Notes: generated from the letters alone by a model not told the origin. A DNA stretch of 64,000 nt from Schmidtea polychroa (GCA_044892525.1 CM097885.1:11038001-11102000), one strand, 5' to 3'; positions 26,821 to 56,734 are shown, numbered from the stretch's first letter. Numbers and translations are program-made.

Positions 26821-28181
26821 AATGAAATTACCTTTCATTTTCTTTGATTAATATTACTATTCATACCATGTGGTGGTTATTATATTTTATGTTTGGGTTA
26901 GTAATTCTTGCTATATAATTCAATTAATAATTGAAAAATTCCATGTATTTTAAATTTTAAATAAGTGAGAAAATGTTCCATTTTTAAGGCATAGAAACTA
27001 ACATATTAGAAATAATTGTATATATGATACTGTTGCCGCTACGGCTGTTTTTCAGTGTAATAATAACTCGTAGGTGTAGATGATCATTATATGTGTGTGT
27101 GTTGATGTGTGGTTAATACATGGGTTGACGTAATCAAAAATGACTAGTTATAGGATGATCACGAAGACAAGGCTCAATTATGATACCACAGGTCAAAGGT
27201 CAATTATTATACTAGAGGTAAATTTTTACAGAAGGTCGAGTATTACATGAGATCAATAATTATACCATAACATACAATAATTAGCCAATTTTATATAATT
27301 ATATAATGCCCTACCCCCAGTAGCCCTCTATAAACATTACAATATACTGTATGTATTTGAAATATTTGGCTTAGTTTATACTTTTCAATAAAAAGGTTCT
27401 TTTATCTATTTTAAAAGTTGATCGAGAATACGAATGAATTTGATAAAATGCTTTGGAATTACCTGCGAGGAAACATTTCACGATATTTAAATATTGATAA
27501 CTTTTATAAACAATTTTGTTAAATTGATTCACCGAAAAATTCATGTATTAAAATTATAAAATGTTCCGAAAGGGGCGATATAAACTTTTAAAAATTCCAA
27601 GTAATTTTGGCTCAAATTTTTACCTTTATTTATTCTCCTATTTGGATTTATAATTTTATTGGATAATTACGTATTTTTTAAAATTCAATTAAATTTTTAA
27701 TTATTGCATATTAAAATGTTTCTAAATCTAGTAGATACATAATATAACAGACCTAGTAAATCATATATTGCCTAATGTAAAAAAAATGTAATTGCTTGTT
27801 TATGATAAAATATACAGTGCACCCACTCGAAGGATAAAATTTATAAAGTTATCACATAAAATTTTAATTGCTTCTATTACAATTATCAACTTTATAAGCC
27901 ACAGTAATTAAAAACGAGAAATGCTATCAAAAACCGCCATCTCGACATTAGATAAAATTATTAAGTTCAAAATAACATTTCAATCTTATTTCTACAATAA
28001 TCTTAAATTAAGGACTAAGCAAAAATAGAAACAATAAAGAAACAAACTATTAAATAACAATGGAATTTTTTTATATAAATAACAGGCAGCAATCGTCAAA
28101 GGTAATGATTTGCATTTCGGTCATCCTAGTGATTACATAATTATATGTGAAAAATTTATTAGTCCTAATACAATGATTTAA

Positions 28182-29829
28182 GGGGAAATTGAAGCGTAAA
28201 AAATGAAAAATTTTCAATAATATAATTATTACATTTTTTCAAAGGTAGATCACATGGATCATTGTGTTAAGATTGTAGTGTTGAGCGAAGGTGGTTACAT
28301 GCATCCCTTATCTTACGCAGGATTCATGCACTAAATTACAAAAATGTGCGCGATCATGGGCCTGTCTCCACCATCATCCAGATCCAGCAAAATCATTGAG
28401 AGAGTATTGATTCCAGCAATAAAGTAGTTATTTTGATGACATGATCAAGTCCTATGAACTGGATATTAATGAGACTGGCGGGGACAAGCAAATAGCCATG
28501 TCATTTGATGGAAGCTGGTAGAAAAGATGTCAAACGTCCGAAAATGACCTGGCGTTATGTATTTGCTTATATACTGGTAAAATCAATTGCATCATATTTA
28601 AGAGGAATTATGAAGGAAAGAGTGGTGGTATGGAAGTTGAAGGCGTGAAAGGGATCATGCAGCGTTCTATACAGGCAATATATGGTGTGCAATACACAAA
28701 ATATTTGGGTGACGGAGATTCTAAAGCTTCTATGGCCATATTTCCCAGTAAAGAGAAGCTTGAATGTATTGGCCATGTTCAAAAAAGAATGGAAGGGAAA
28801 CTGAGGCACCTGAAGGCCAGTATGCAAGATAAGAAATTGTCCGATGGAAAGTCGTTCCCCGGAAACGGTCGCCTAACAGACAGAATCTACATAGTGTGGA
28901 GAATATGCCGAATCAAGTACTGACTATCTATTTCCATACATTTTCCAGTGATGGATATCCTTCTCATAAACTGTGTCCATTCGGCTAGGACTCCTGGTGC
29001 AAGCCAAAAGAGACATAGAATCACCAGAAAGTCATTTCACCCACATACAGCGAACTGAGTTCCAAGGACCTTCTCTACAGAGCCTGTATGGAGGAACTCA
29101 GAACCAAAACGAAAACATTGATAGCATAGTGTAGACTTTCTAACGTAAAACAACTTTGCATGCTTTGCCACGCTCCAAATGAAAATATATGTTATCATGC
29201 AACTGCGCGTTTCATGGATATATCAAAGAACTTACCAAAATTAGATTACGTTAGGTTGGATACTGCCCGCGTCGACAAGTCAATGCTAATCTACCAAAAA
29301 CTCATGCATGGCAAAAGGAAGGCAACAGAATCTGTTGGTGATAATTGTGGTGGATTTTGAAAAGTGTGCTGTTTCTCAAAATTATAGTTTTACTAACAAT
29401 TATTGTATTCCGCGAATTAGTCAGGAATTGTGTATTACTCTAATAAATCATAAGTATGTTTTATAAGAACTTTTTTTCCAATTTCACCACTGATTTTTTC
29501 CATTGTATTTATTAAAAAGAGCTTGAAGAATATAAGTAAGTTGTTCTAAATCAAAGTTTTATGTAGAACAATGTGAATCTAATAGTTTTTGCATAACATA
29601 AACAATTTTCATAGAAAATTATGCGTTATGAATAAGTAAAACAGTTGATAAAACAAATGATAAAGCAATTTCTGTGAACTGTGAACACAAATATATAGGT
29701 TTGCGTGATACAGGGTGGCCTGATGTATACCTAGGCAAAATTTCGCATCGATTAGTCACTCCGTTGGTCTCCTCTAAATCAAAAAAAATGTGAAAATTTC
29801 CATAGAATACTATGGGCCCTTATCTTCCT
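28182..29829 (+). mobile_element. Kolobok/Mutator-like DDE transposase pseudogene
   Basis: SFDGSW*KR, SGGMEVEG, YTKYLGDGDSK, KLECIGHVQKRM, DGKS..G.GRLTD. Candidate TTAA flanks at 28178-28181 and 29830-29833; boundaries are tentative. Confidence 0.78.
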
Positions 29830-32211
29830 TTAAAAACTCAAAATACATATGGATAATGAATTTTGAATATTACTTTTTGGGTTAAATGACTTTACTACCA
29901 GTCTCACAAACAATACGTCCCCAGTAGTTTTAGAAAGCCTTCGATAAAGTTTTATCGTTTTAAATTCGTGACGCCGTTTGCCTATAATCTAATCTCGTAA
30001 ATCGGGGTGCTGTCACATACACTAGAGAGACCTCTCGTTATCTCTCTAAGCGAGTTGAGTGGAAACAGTAATATTATTAAGCATAATAATCATTTTGCAT
30101 TATCAACTGTTATCTATGAGTTTATAAATCTGAGTCTAGGACATTCCCCCACATTATCGTTTACTCACATGACCCCGACATATTATTATTAGTATTATAT
30201 ATAATTTTATTATGTATAGTCAGAGTTTATCTGACAAGATATTTTGTCCCCCTATGGGTTATGGTCGCAAGGGTAAACAGGACAACGAAACACATTAATA
30301 CATTTATTATTATTTTCAAAGTATTATAAATTTAGTATAAAGATAATGGCGGACGACTGGGGGAGATGTCCTGATACCTCTAAATTTATTGGAAACATGT
30401 TATTTATAAGACTGATGATAAAATCATTCAACCCAAAATCCATTATTCTAATCCAGTATTTTGAGTTTAATTTTATTCGGATTAATAAGATTTCGTTGGA
30501 TTCTGCATATATAATTAGGTAATTACTGATAAACCTATAAGTATAAACGTTTCGGCACTGCATTTTCAAGTGAAGTATCAACAAACATCGATATATTACT
30601 GATTTATAGTCTTCAAACTCTATTTTTAATAAATTCAATGGAAAAAATAATCAGTGGTGAAATTGGAAATAAGTTTTATTGATACTGCTTAGTGCATGAC
30701 GATTATATCATAGCTGTCAAAATATATTTTTAAAAATTATGTTATTTTTATTTAAATAAAGAAATAATTTTAACGATTTATAGAAATATTCGTTTCAGTG
30801 TTATAGCAACAAGTGTAATCATTGCAAAATGAAATGTTTAAGTAAAATTTATATAGAGCTTGTTATATTTGAACTAATAACAAACGATATTTATCAATAC
30901 TACTGACACATAGCAAGGGGCCAGCACCAATAAAATTCATAGCCGAATTGTTTACGTACAACTTGCAAGAACTAACGTGAAAATAGCGTTCATAATTATT
31001 GAAGAACTGGTTTAGAACGTGTCAAAAATTGTCTTAAATTTATACAATTCTGTTTATGACCGATTTATTATGTAATATAGAAACGAAAATAAATAATATA
31101 AAAATATAAGAAACATTAACGACAATAATGAAAAACACACTAATTTCATTGAAAGATAGTTATAAATATTAATATTGCAGGTCAGATCTATTTATTGGAC
31201 ACATGCGAAACATATGTATAATGTTCGTACAACTATAACTGCATATGGGGGATAATTCATCAATGATACACTCAATGGTATATTGTATTACAATATCAAG
31301 TATTCATACCTCTATCAACAATTCTAAAATGAAGAGTCCTATGTGTTTCAACTATCTAGGTTTCATCGAAATGAGTTTACAAAATAGAAAAGAATCTATA
31401 AAAAGAGTAGCACATACCTTTTTTAAGTGATATGAAAATAAGTTTGTTGCAAAGGACAATATAGATTTTATTATTGAACTATTCTGGACATTACACGTAT
31501 TTTAAAATATTTACTGTATTTTAGATGTGTTCATCTTTAGGGAACTATTTCTTATCAACTGAAAATTGATCAATATTTTTCGGTAAAGTACTTTCCTAGC
31601 AAGTAGTGAAATTCCTTTGCACAATTCTTTCAAAGTTGAATAAAGTTACAATACATAGTATTTTTGAAACAAAAGAAACTCATTTTCGTATTCTACTATT
31701 TTTTGTTGTCAACTAATTTTAGTATTCGTAGCATTAGTTTCATTGCACAGTAGAATAAAAATAATTTTATAATAACTCATAGATCGACTCCAACACGGAA
31801 TTTAATTGATCTTTAAAAAATGATTTCGTGGGGGAGTTATAAAAAGGTTTTCCTAAAACAGTCATAGCCAAATTTAATGTCGAATAAACAAGGAAATTTT
31901 AAAAATCGAAAATAAAATCTAGTTTATTTAAATTTGATACAGTCGTAATATTATTTGGCCACATATCAAGTGAAGAGAAAAGGATCATTAAATTAGTCAT
32001 TTGAGTGAACAGAAGGACCCTTTTGACATGGAAATTTTTTCAGTTAATAAATACTGAGTAATAATAATAATGCACACACTAAAACATATATTTAATTAAT
32101 TAATCAAATTTAGTTGCCTTTCTTACAATTACTACACAAATATTCGTATCAAAGTAAACTCGGAATAAATTATGAATCATTGGAAAACTAAAAAATATTA
32201 TGGAGTTTTTA

Positions 32212-32214
<3 letters not shown>

Positions 32215-32300
<86 letters not shown>
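32215..32300. repeat. (TA)n microsatellite
   Basis: Read directly from the sequence. Confidence 0.95.
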
Positions 32301-32303
<3 letters not shown>

Positions 32304-33778
32304 AAAAATCACTATTAATGAAGGAGGATTAATTATGCGAAAATAAAACGAAGGAAAAAATGACAAGCTAATTTTGGATTAGTTAGAATTAAATGTATAA
32401 ACATTAACATCAATAATTAGGTTATTTAAAAAGATGGGAAGAATTGAAATCAAGAATACGAGACAACCAAGAGCACCACTATTAACGGAATAGGCAAAAA
32501 GTTATATAAGATATACATCGAAATAAAGATAAAAAAGACAAGGATACATGTAGTGATGGAGACGATGGCGTATTTAACAGATGGTGACGGTGGAGAATGC
32601 CTACTAAAAATCTGTAGAAATTTTAAGCAACCAATGTGAAAAGTTTCATTTGGATGAGCGGCAACACTAATGTAAAGTACTACATTTCATTTCTATGTAC
32701 GGATTGGATTGTCTTAAAATAAGTCAATATATTTATTTTCCTAAAATTAGTCAATACATTTAAATATAAATTAATGCTAAAATCCTATTGAATTGGATAA
32801 AGATCATTAATAAAATTAAGTATCTGTGCATTTTTCAGAGTTTTCTCAATTACATTAATTTTAAATTATTTATTATTTGTGGTTATTTCAAAATATTAAA
32901 GTAGGAAAATTGTATAAGTAATATATAATTATTTGATCATTTTCTTTTTTAATATATTTTTAATATACTAAATCAGTTAATAGTTTTTAAAAATATATAC
33001 GGCGAGGCCCAGAAAATAAAGGGCCGGCTGCGGGTTTTGCGGGGCTTCGGGAAAATATTATATCCCAAAAAGGAATAAATGATACTTGAAGATAATTTTA
33101 TCAATTAATTTAAAGAAATATTTATTTCAATATATATTCAATAATATACATACATAAACATAATATTTTTTATTCTTATTTCGTACAAACTTTTTTACGT
33201 TGCATTTGGTGTCAAAAACTTGCCCAAGCTTATAATAATTGTTAGAAACATGAAAGTTCGGGGAATCTGGAAAAAACCCCGAAGTCCCGACCTCTGAGAC
33301 GGCTCTGAATAAATAGGATATTGAAAATAACTTCCTATGGAAAAAAGTGGGATACTTTACTGACTATTGCCGACCGAGCCCTATTCCCCAAATCCACCAG
33401 TGGATATAGACAGAGACAAAGATTGATATAGAAATAGACAGAAAGAGAGAGATATAAATGAAGAGGCAGTGATCGAGACAAGGGCAAATAGAGAAATATA
33501 TTAATTATATGTTTAAATATTTGACAATAAGAAGATTAACTTTATATATTAATCCCTATTTAATTTGTTTAGTTCCACATAATACCTACAAATTGTCGAT
33601 GGCAAAAATTAGAAATATAGACAAACTTCAAAGGGTAGAGTTAATCTTAGTTTTTAAATGAAATTATGCGATTTTGCCGCGTATAACAGAAGGATTAGAT
33701 TATCTGTACATAGTTTAATGGTAAATAATTCTATATAGCAAATTAAATATACGAAAAGCAATTAGAATTAAAAGAATC

Positions 33779-47514
<13,736 letters not shown>

Positions 47515-48185
47515 TTATCGATTTGTTCTACATACTGATTATAAGTTGAGAGATAAAAATACTCTCTAGTCAAACTAATGAAATAATTTGCTTCAATGAA
47601 ATAAATAGCCAATGGGAGAAACCTCTAAAACAACAGACAATGGAATGGAATTGGCTACTCAAAAATCAATATAATACACATATGCAGATTCTATTTTTCA
47701 TTTTGTTCATCATTTACTTTATTATTATTTGTCAATTCTGACCGATAAATTAGTAATTTTAATACAATATATCAATGTCAACAGTTTTAGAACTTTATTA
47801 ATCGAATATCTCTAGAAATAAATCAAAATCACTGCAAATGCGACAATTTATTGAATAATTTTATCGACATAAAATGTTATTATAATTAAATTCCAAAATT
47901 TGTCTATGTTTATTATTGGTTCTTTAATCAAAATTGACAAAAGTAATAAAATTGTTTTGAACATATAATTGATATAATAAACATAACAGAATCTATTAGA
48001 AATATTGAAAAAGAAACATCAAATAGTTTGAGAAAGAAGTGTAGAGTTGTAGATAGCGATGAAATGGTAACACCAAAACAATCCATCACCATCCGGATTA
48101 AATGTAATACAATATTTGCATTTAGATACGCCTGTCATTCTATCATCTATATGATATTTTATTATGGAAATTGGATGTGATCTGG

Positions 48186-48216
<31 letters not shown>

Positions 48217-51200
48217 CAATTTATAATGTCGTCAACATTCTGATTGCACTGTCTCCCTTATAAGACATATAATATCATCAATTAAAAATAGAAGTATTAA
48301 TAGTATTTGGTAAATGTTTCAAAGGTGGTTAAATATTTAGTAAAGGATAAAAATGAAATCCAAACAAAAGAAAATATTTCACCAGTAATTTTTATAATAA
48401 CAATTTATAATTGAAGTTTATTTACAATTTAATTGTAAGGTGCCTTACAAAGTTCCCAATTAATCAAAATTTAATATGTATGTCTTTGAATAGGTACAAA
48501 TATCTCTCAAGTACCTGTAACTGAATGGTAAATGGTTTCAACTGCAAAATTCTTAACAGCATAATAAAATATCATATTAGCCTCAGTTCCATACGCATGA
48601 TTGTGGAGATCTTAGTCAAAGAAGATGTTTGCGTAGTATGGGTAGTGTTTTTCAAATTATTTTTGTTTTCAACCCCAGACTTTAATTAATTTTCATTCTT
48701 ACATTTAGTGCATGTAATACTTTATACTTGAAATTCAAATTTTATAAATTGCTTTGTAATTTTTATTATCAATCATATTATTTATATAGAAAAATGCTGT
48801 GTTTATTCCTTCCTGGTAGCATTTCAAATATTAAATAGAAGAAACGAGATGATATTGAAATCAATAATGAATGAAAAAGATATGAAATTACAAAAATATT
48901 GCCGAAGAGAAACTTGATTGGGAATTTGTATTTTAAAACAGAATATTAAGTTATAATGGTTGATTTTATCTTTAATCTTTTGAATAAAATGTAAAAAATT
49001 CTGTTTCATTTAATTTTAGCTATTTTGTTTAATTCTTATGATTGTCTCAGATTTTGAGTAATTTACAAAATGTAACTCCTTGAAGTCAGAAATAAAGAAT
49101 TTTTGCAATTTGGTGTAGCACAACAAACACATGGTGAATGACAAATAACTGAATCAGTAGATATGATCTACCAATTCTGCACTCATGATGTGAAATTGAT
49201 GAAACGTCGTGATTTTATTGTTTTTTCTATCAGTTTCAATCGTTATCAACTATCACAAAAATCTAGTAAAATTATTGTGCCGCATTTTTACTAAAATAAA
49301 ATTGTTTTTAAATTACACTTGTCATTTTAAAATGGTAAATTATCTAAAGTTACTAATGATACTTTATGATTGCAAATGTTAATATTAATCATAATCTAGA
49401 GTTTATGGTTGGAAATATGAAATACGGCGCCTTTTCAACTGCACGCGGGGAAGCCGTCTTTCAACAATCATACTTGCTATTTAATAACGAAATTCGCCAT
49501 GAACAATAACAAATTCTAGAAAATAGTATTGAAAGCGTGATAATTTAACTGTTTTGTGTATAATTTTCTAAATATTTTAACGTGTTAAATTTACGATTTT
49601 TTTTGAATTTAGCAAATACTAATTCTATCCACATGGCTAGCATATTTGTCAAAAAATCGATTAATATTAAATAAAATATTGGAATTAATAAATATTTATA
49701 TATATAAATGTTGGAATGATTTGAATGATTTCGTCGAAAAATCGTAAAATCATAAAAATTAATTAAATATTTTAATATTGTATTTTATCCAAAATTCAAA
49801 AACAGCGATTTAAATTCATTATGAAATTTTTGTCCTGTACGTTTAAAATGTATTCAATTTATTATTCTTATTATTTTCTCTATCAGAGACTAACACATCT
49901 AATATGTAATGTCAATTGTTTAATGTCAAACAAATATTTAGTGTGTTTAAAAATTGGAAATATTTAACTTTAGATATCTAATAAATATTCTCAAAAATTA
50001 ACTTATTTGGAAAATCAAAAAGGATTTGTCCTAGTGACTAATATGTCACTCAATAAAATGTAAAAAGTACAAACGCCAATGTGGCCAAATTGTAATATCA
50101 CTCATAGGCAAAACCCTTAAAGTTATCTTTAAAAAATGATAACTTCTAGAAATTCCCAGGAACAAAAATTTCAAGTTTATCTCTCGCATCTGGAATCTAT
50201 ATTTTAAAGGCTAATAATTGATTACATTTCCACAATATTTTTTTTAAAAAAGTTATAAAATATGAGAAAAATTCCATTGTTTTTTTTTGTACAATATACC
50301 TAAACATGAATAGGGATTGTATTATACAAATGCATTATTTCCTCTTCAAGGCCGAAAAGAATGATAGGCTCAATAAAAATATTATAATAAAAAATTAGAA
50401 ACCCTGTATCAATTCTTCACTATCATTACAAAAAATAACGGAACATTACAAAATATTTTTAGCGAGTAAAGTGAAAAATAAATAAAGGGTTCAATATTTC
50501 GTGTGAGTTATTCTTTTGCTTAGCGCAGCCTTTCAGAATAATTTGCTTTTTTCAATAAATTTCAAATATAGAGCTTTGAAATACGTGTTACTTGTTCAAA
50601 ACAAAATAAAACTTAACTAATAAGTGGAAAAGTTATTTTAATTTTAAAATAAAAATATGTATGTGTAAAAAGTTAAACGCTTTGAGAATTTGTGCTCGCT
50701 GTGAGTGCATGTTTCGGTGATAGCTTCCTACAACTCAGATACAAAATTAGATGATTTTTTTAATATTAATACAACATTTAAATTTGCTCAAATGAATAGA
50801 TCAGTAATAATAACAGTTTTGTTCTATACGCGTAAAACAGAAATGGAACAATAAAAGAACAATATATCATGAAAGACACGAAAAATAATATCATTAATTT
50901 ATAATGAAAATATATTATTATAAAGAAACTTTAGCAATAATTGTAAAACCAATATTTTCTACCTCGGCAACTTAAATTAAACTATCTGAAATTTGGGTTA
51001 GTAGACCTTTCGGAATTATAAAAACTAAAAAGCTGGTATATTAAAATTTGAAAAATTTATTCGAAATGTTGTAAGGAATTGACAAATATGTATCAGGCCT
51101 TCTTTAGTATTAAAAAAAATTTACTCTCAAATATATAAACTGAAAAGAACAAGAAACTGATACAATTTCTCATAAAGTAAAAACGCTGAAACTTGCAGGT

Positions 51201-51654
51201 AAAACAATATTATAAATTAATTTTTTAACATGGAACATCACTAATTAAGGTTTTAGTACTTCTAAGTAAAATATTGTACAGAAATTTACATGTAATATTA
51301 ATGTTATTAGGATCAATACCAATTTGAGATCTTCATTTCACTTATTTACCTTATGGACTGTTTATACTAAAGGTAAAAAATCATTAAAAATTACAGAGAA
51401 TTGTTATGATTATTGGATTACATTGATATGATCCTGTTTAATTTTTGTTTTTGAATATGGATTCCTACAGTGATCAACTAGTAATATCATTTAATAAAAA
51501 TTATACATCAACTATAATCCAAAGGTAATACGTGGTGTGATGAGATCAAATTTTAATTCAAAAATTAATTAGAATTCAGAAATATTTTGATTGTTATACA
51601 GAAAATCATTTAAAATAGTGACGATTTTGGTCTTTAAGAATTTGACTGATTTTA

Positions 51655-52400
51655 TAATTTATTATTAAGTGTAATGTGATTCAAGTATTTAAGCAAAGCC
51701 TTTCATAGTAAATTTCACTTTTTAAATCACTATTTCATTGTTAAATATATTTTTAATTTGTAACATATCTAAAAAGTTATTTTTCATATTACATAGCATT
51801 AAAAATACATTTTTTCAATTTATATGGACATTTTTCTTGGTATCTTGACTATTAACCACATTTATCGTAGACATAATATTTATATTGAAATGCGAAGAAA
51901 TAGTATCTACGTAAACATTAGAGATCAACAACAAAAGAAAATATTACACATAACTTAATCATAAACAAACACTTTTTCAATGGAAAGCGCAACATTATTA
52001 ATTATAGTTTAATATACATGACCATCATTAAACATTAATTTATTCAAAACGAATAGTGTTGAAACCCTAAAAATAAAACAAAGCTTTTCTTCGTTAAGGT
52101 TATCTAAATTATAAAGATGAGAATATTAATAAATATTCTGTCAAAGACAGTCGTGAAAACTTTAATAATTTATTATTAATTGTAATATGTGATTTAAGCA
52201 TTTAAGCAAAGCTTTTATTAGCCTTTCATAGTAAAATTTCACTTTTTAAATCACTTTCAAGGTTAAACATATTATTAATTTTAAAATAATATATATCTAA
52301 AAATTTATTTTTCATATTACAAAGCATCAAAAATACATTTTTTCAATTTAAATGGGTATTTTTCTTAGTATTTTGACAATTAACCACATTTATCGTAACA
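51655..52400 (+). repeat. Diverged direct duplication of about 220 bp (about 51655-51870 and 52165-52400)
   Basis: Shared blocks TTTAAGCAAAGC, GCCTTTCATAGTAAA, TTTCACTTTTTAAATCACT, AAAATACATTTTTTCAATTTA, TTAACCACATTTATCGTA. Confidence 0.85.
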
Positions 52401-52840
52401 CAATAATTAATTACAAACAACTGCTTATAATTGAATCAAATTAATATAGTTAACACTTTCTTTAGCGGTAGGATCATTTTTAATATAGTTAAAACTACAA
52501 ATTGATGAATTTATTTCTACAACTCTTATGTTTCTTAGGCATATTTCTTATTATAAAAATAATCTGTTGTTATTTTTATTTATGGTAAAGTAATTGTAAA
52601 AAATTGTAATGGTAAAGTAAGAGTAATTAAAGAATTCTAAAAAATCAAGACTTATTTTCGTATGAAATATTCAAACAGAAATTTAGTATCATCATAATCC
52701 TAATATAGTTATTTTTAATTTGTAATTATAATTTTTCACAATTTCCTTTATTTTCATTTGTTTTTTAGTGAAAAAGATGAATGATTTTTATGATTATACT
52801 TTTTTAATAAATGCATTAATAATTTGTACAATAGCTTTAA

Positions 52841-53055
52841 CCCTTTGAACACTAAGGCGTTCATTGTATTAGCACTATATCTCTGAGCTCCTGAGCAATT
52901 TTTGACCAAAAAATAATATTTGACTTAAAATGCAATTTCGATCAAAAATCGATTGTCAGTATGAAAAATATTTTTAGTTCATTTCAATTTCAAACAAGCT
53001 GTTAGGGCATATGTCTTGGCAGAGCAGGCCGGTAAACCGGTTAGGGTTCAAAGGA
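52841..53055. mobile_element. piggyBac-type MITE
   Basis: TTAA|CCCTTTGAACACTAA ... TTAGGGTTCAAAGGA|TTAA. Confidence 0.82.
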
Positions 53056-56000
53056 TTAATATGCAAAAATAGTTTTATTTTAAATTTTCTAAAACTATTT
53101 TTTAAATTAATTAACCCTCTTATGCGTCACCAATAAATTTTCAGGAGGTCACGAAGACATTACTTTTTACAAAGAAAATCATAAATAAATTTATATAAAT
53201 TATCATATCTCCACACATTGATGAACTTGTGAAAAAGAAACGATTTCAGTCATTTCATTAAATTGGTTATAGGAGATATGTATTGAGAATTGTACAGTAT
53301 AACTGGCATGTGGGTTTGGAAATGGTCTAATTTCGGTCAATTTATTCTTAGCGAAATTTATTTCAATTCTATGTAATGGTAAACTAAAAATAATTTAATA
53401 TATCATTTCACAGTATAATCTACCTAACTATTAAAATTGTCGCACACAAACTCTCGAAAATATACTTGAACAATGGAATTACCGGATACAAGTCGGTTCC
53501 AGATAATGAGCCTGTAATCCACTGTCGTGCCCTATTTTTTAAATTAATTTTTTTTTCGGTTTGAATGGGTCGCAAAAACCTTAGGAAAGAAATTAACTGA
53601 GTTTTCGTGAGGTAAAGTTGAGAACCGTTGCGATAGATCAATTTTTTTCTTATTAACATAAAATTTTGCCACTATTTAAAAAGACAGTGCCAAAAATGAG
53701 TTAATAAGAAAAACATTGGTCTAAAATTTGTGTGGGTTTTTAAGCAACACAGAATTCTGCAATTCATTTAAAATTCAAAACATAAGTAATAACTAATTTA
53801 TTCTATTAAAAAAATATATTCTGAACTAGATCGAATTTAAAACTTGAAAAAAATGTAATTTTGATATATTTATGCAATTTTCTTTTAATATATTGAAAGT
53901 TAATAAATACTCTCATCGAAAGAATTCAAATTTAACATAGAAGTAATTAATAAAAATTCACTTAATTTAATCATTGTTTTAGAGAAATTTACAAAAATAA
54001 AAATAATTAAGTACTTATTAAACATGAAATAATGTAAATTTTTTAAAATATAAAACGTAATAAAAATATATATATTCATAAATCAAATTTTAATAACTAA
54101 TAAGTTATGCAAAAACCATTGTAAATTTTTAACAAAAAAATATTCATTTAAGCATCATTCAAGAATTCTAATTAATATATAATACTTTTGTCGATAATTA
54201 TATCATTCAAAAATGAAATTATTAAAACTTATAATTATATTTGCATTATAATCAAATAAAGCTTAAAATACATAATTAAAATAAGAACTTAGAACTTTGT
54301 AAAGATAATGTGGCTTTAAAATTTATTTCATATAATGATCAATAAACGAACAACTAACATAGTAATTTTATTTGTTGCTTTTTTCTCTTTCTTATGTTTC
54401 TTTTTTGTTTGGACAATAAGCACTAAAATAGATGTTTGATATGATTACTATAAATAAAATCCTTACTCTTACGATTTAATTTACTCATTACTATCAAGTA
54501 TCAACAAAACAAATTAATTTATTAATTTAAAATAAATACATTGTTTGAAACAGTAAAACAAAGTTTTTTATTACATTAAATTCAAATTTTTAATTAAACA
54601 TCGATATCAAACAAAAATTGTGATTGCATATAATTTTCAATTGTAAATTTTTAAAATTAATTTAAACATATTTATTTTTTAAAGTAATCATGATGCTAAA
54701 TAGATTTATTAGCCAAATATTATAATTATTTGATAGTGACTTAATAAATAATTTTTATATTGAAATTATATTCATATACTTCCTAAATGCTTGAAATTAT
54801 TTTCCAATTTTCAAAAATCAGAAATATAACGTGCTTATTGAAGTAATTTGAAATCTTCCCATGTGAGTCACCATTAGACAACATATTTATTGATACAAGT
54901 TTTTTGATACTAATTTTATGATACAAGATTTTTGATACAAGTTTTAAATTCTAAAATTGTTAAATTTTCGGACAGAACTTAGAAAAATTTTAAATAGTAT
55001 ACTGAAAAAATATTCAACATAAATTTATTTTCATTTTTCTTTATATTAAACTTTAAACATCCATTGTTTATATTCAAAGCAATCAGCAGGTTTAGGTAGT
55101 TTCTGAATGTAGCCTCTTTTCATTGACTACTTAGGAACTACACGATTTAGTTACCGGAGTACTTTAGGTCACAGTGGTATTTCTTAATCCACCAGACATT
55201 TTGGGACATAGCAAAGGTCAAATATATAGTCCCAGTGGAATCAAGAAAGAAGGTCAGAATGTTAGAGTTTTATGTGCAAGTGTAGGCACAAAATCCATGT
55301 TATATGCGTATACATTCGATGATATTGATATTTCGAATGTCTGCCGAAGTGTGCAGTTAATTAGTGGGATATTGTAGGGAGGCGACAAGAATGATGAATA
55401 TTACGATGTCATAGGCACGCTACCATAGAGAGTTAGATATTTCTGCAGCCAATCAATTACCAAAGAAAAGACATATGAAGTTAATATGTTGATACTTCAT
55501 TATCTGAGTCACAGTGCTCAGTGTATACATCACTTAACCAGTGAATTAATGCCCTCACTTTCTTGCAATCCATAGCTGTATCATAACATTTTTCTTTGAA
55601 GTTATGATGTTTTCTTTACATATGAATCAATGTAGTACTTGTTCATTTTAAAAGAAATTTTACAGTCTATCGATGAAAATTGTGTTTCCGATTTACTTAA
55701 CGGATGTTATAAAACTATGACCTTGGGCAAAAGTTCAATGTCCTACCGTTATTTATCACTTAACTCTACAAATCGCTGTCAATGAAATATGGGCGTCCCA
55801 AACCATTCTATTTTTCGATTAATTTAAACACATTTTAATAGACGCGTTCAAACAATGTGGGAAAAACCCAAGACAAAAAAATTAATAAAAAAATTTAATT
55901 TAAATAGGCTTCCTGTTTGTTTTTAAGGTAAAACACTGTTTTTTATTTATTTCACTCAAATATTGATTTATAAATAAATTGATTAATAATGAAAATAATA

Positions 56001-56149
56001 AAGGAACTTATCCACAAATTGTAAAGCTTAATAATTATCAATAAACCCTTTATTTTCTTATTTACTGATTGATTATTTTTATATTCAAAGTATCTTCATT
56101 TTCGACTATAGATCAATATTTTTTTCATTTTTTTTGCATTTTTTGAAGT

Positions 56150-56734
56150 GTTTTTCGAACAATATTATTTTACTTGAGAAAATAACGATGAAATGTTTGT
56201 CAGTTTTGATAAAAGAGAATGGAGCTAAATGCAGCACAGACAAAATCCCGAAGAGTTTTTTAAGAAAATTATTTCTCAAAGTGAGAAATTGGCAGAACAA
56301 TAATACATCCAGTTGACAATTCCCAGACAATTTAAGAGGCAAACACATCGTTCAAATAATGGTAGTTCAACTGTTGAAGAATACTTTCGAAGATTTGTCT
56401 TTATACCATACTTTGATTCAATCATCTCATCGCTGGAGATTAGATTCAATGACAATAACAAAATCAATTTTAGTCTATTTTCACTTCACCCAGTGGAAAA
56501 GTTGAAACTTTCAAATAATAAATTCAAAACTTACACAGAAAACATCATAATGGAGAATCAAATTGAAAACTTTGATGCTGAGAGAAGCATTTTGTTTGAG
56601 ATGCGGTCAAATAAAAATTCGGATTTTGAAATCAAAAGTCCCAATGGAATGATGGATATATTTCAATTAACAGACCTTTTTCCAGCTATTAGGAAATCAG
56701 TTCTTATTGCTTTAACTTTACCAGTGTCTAATTG
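56150..56734 (+). mobile_element. hAT transposase C-terminal remnant, cut by the Polinton insertion
   Basis: IPRQFKRQTHRSN...EEYFRRFVFIPYFDSIISSLEIRF...LFPAIRKSVLIALTLPVSN. It stops abruptly before the expected ERSFS motif. Confidence 0.85.

Noticed and set aside
33000..33310. GC-rich hAT-like ends (also about 10230-10272, 22080-22148, 44386-44425)
   Set aside because: Only one terminus is recognisable in each case and no matching TIR/TSD pair was found.
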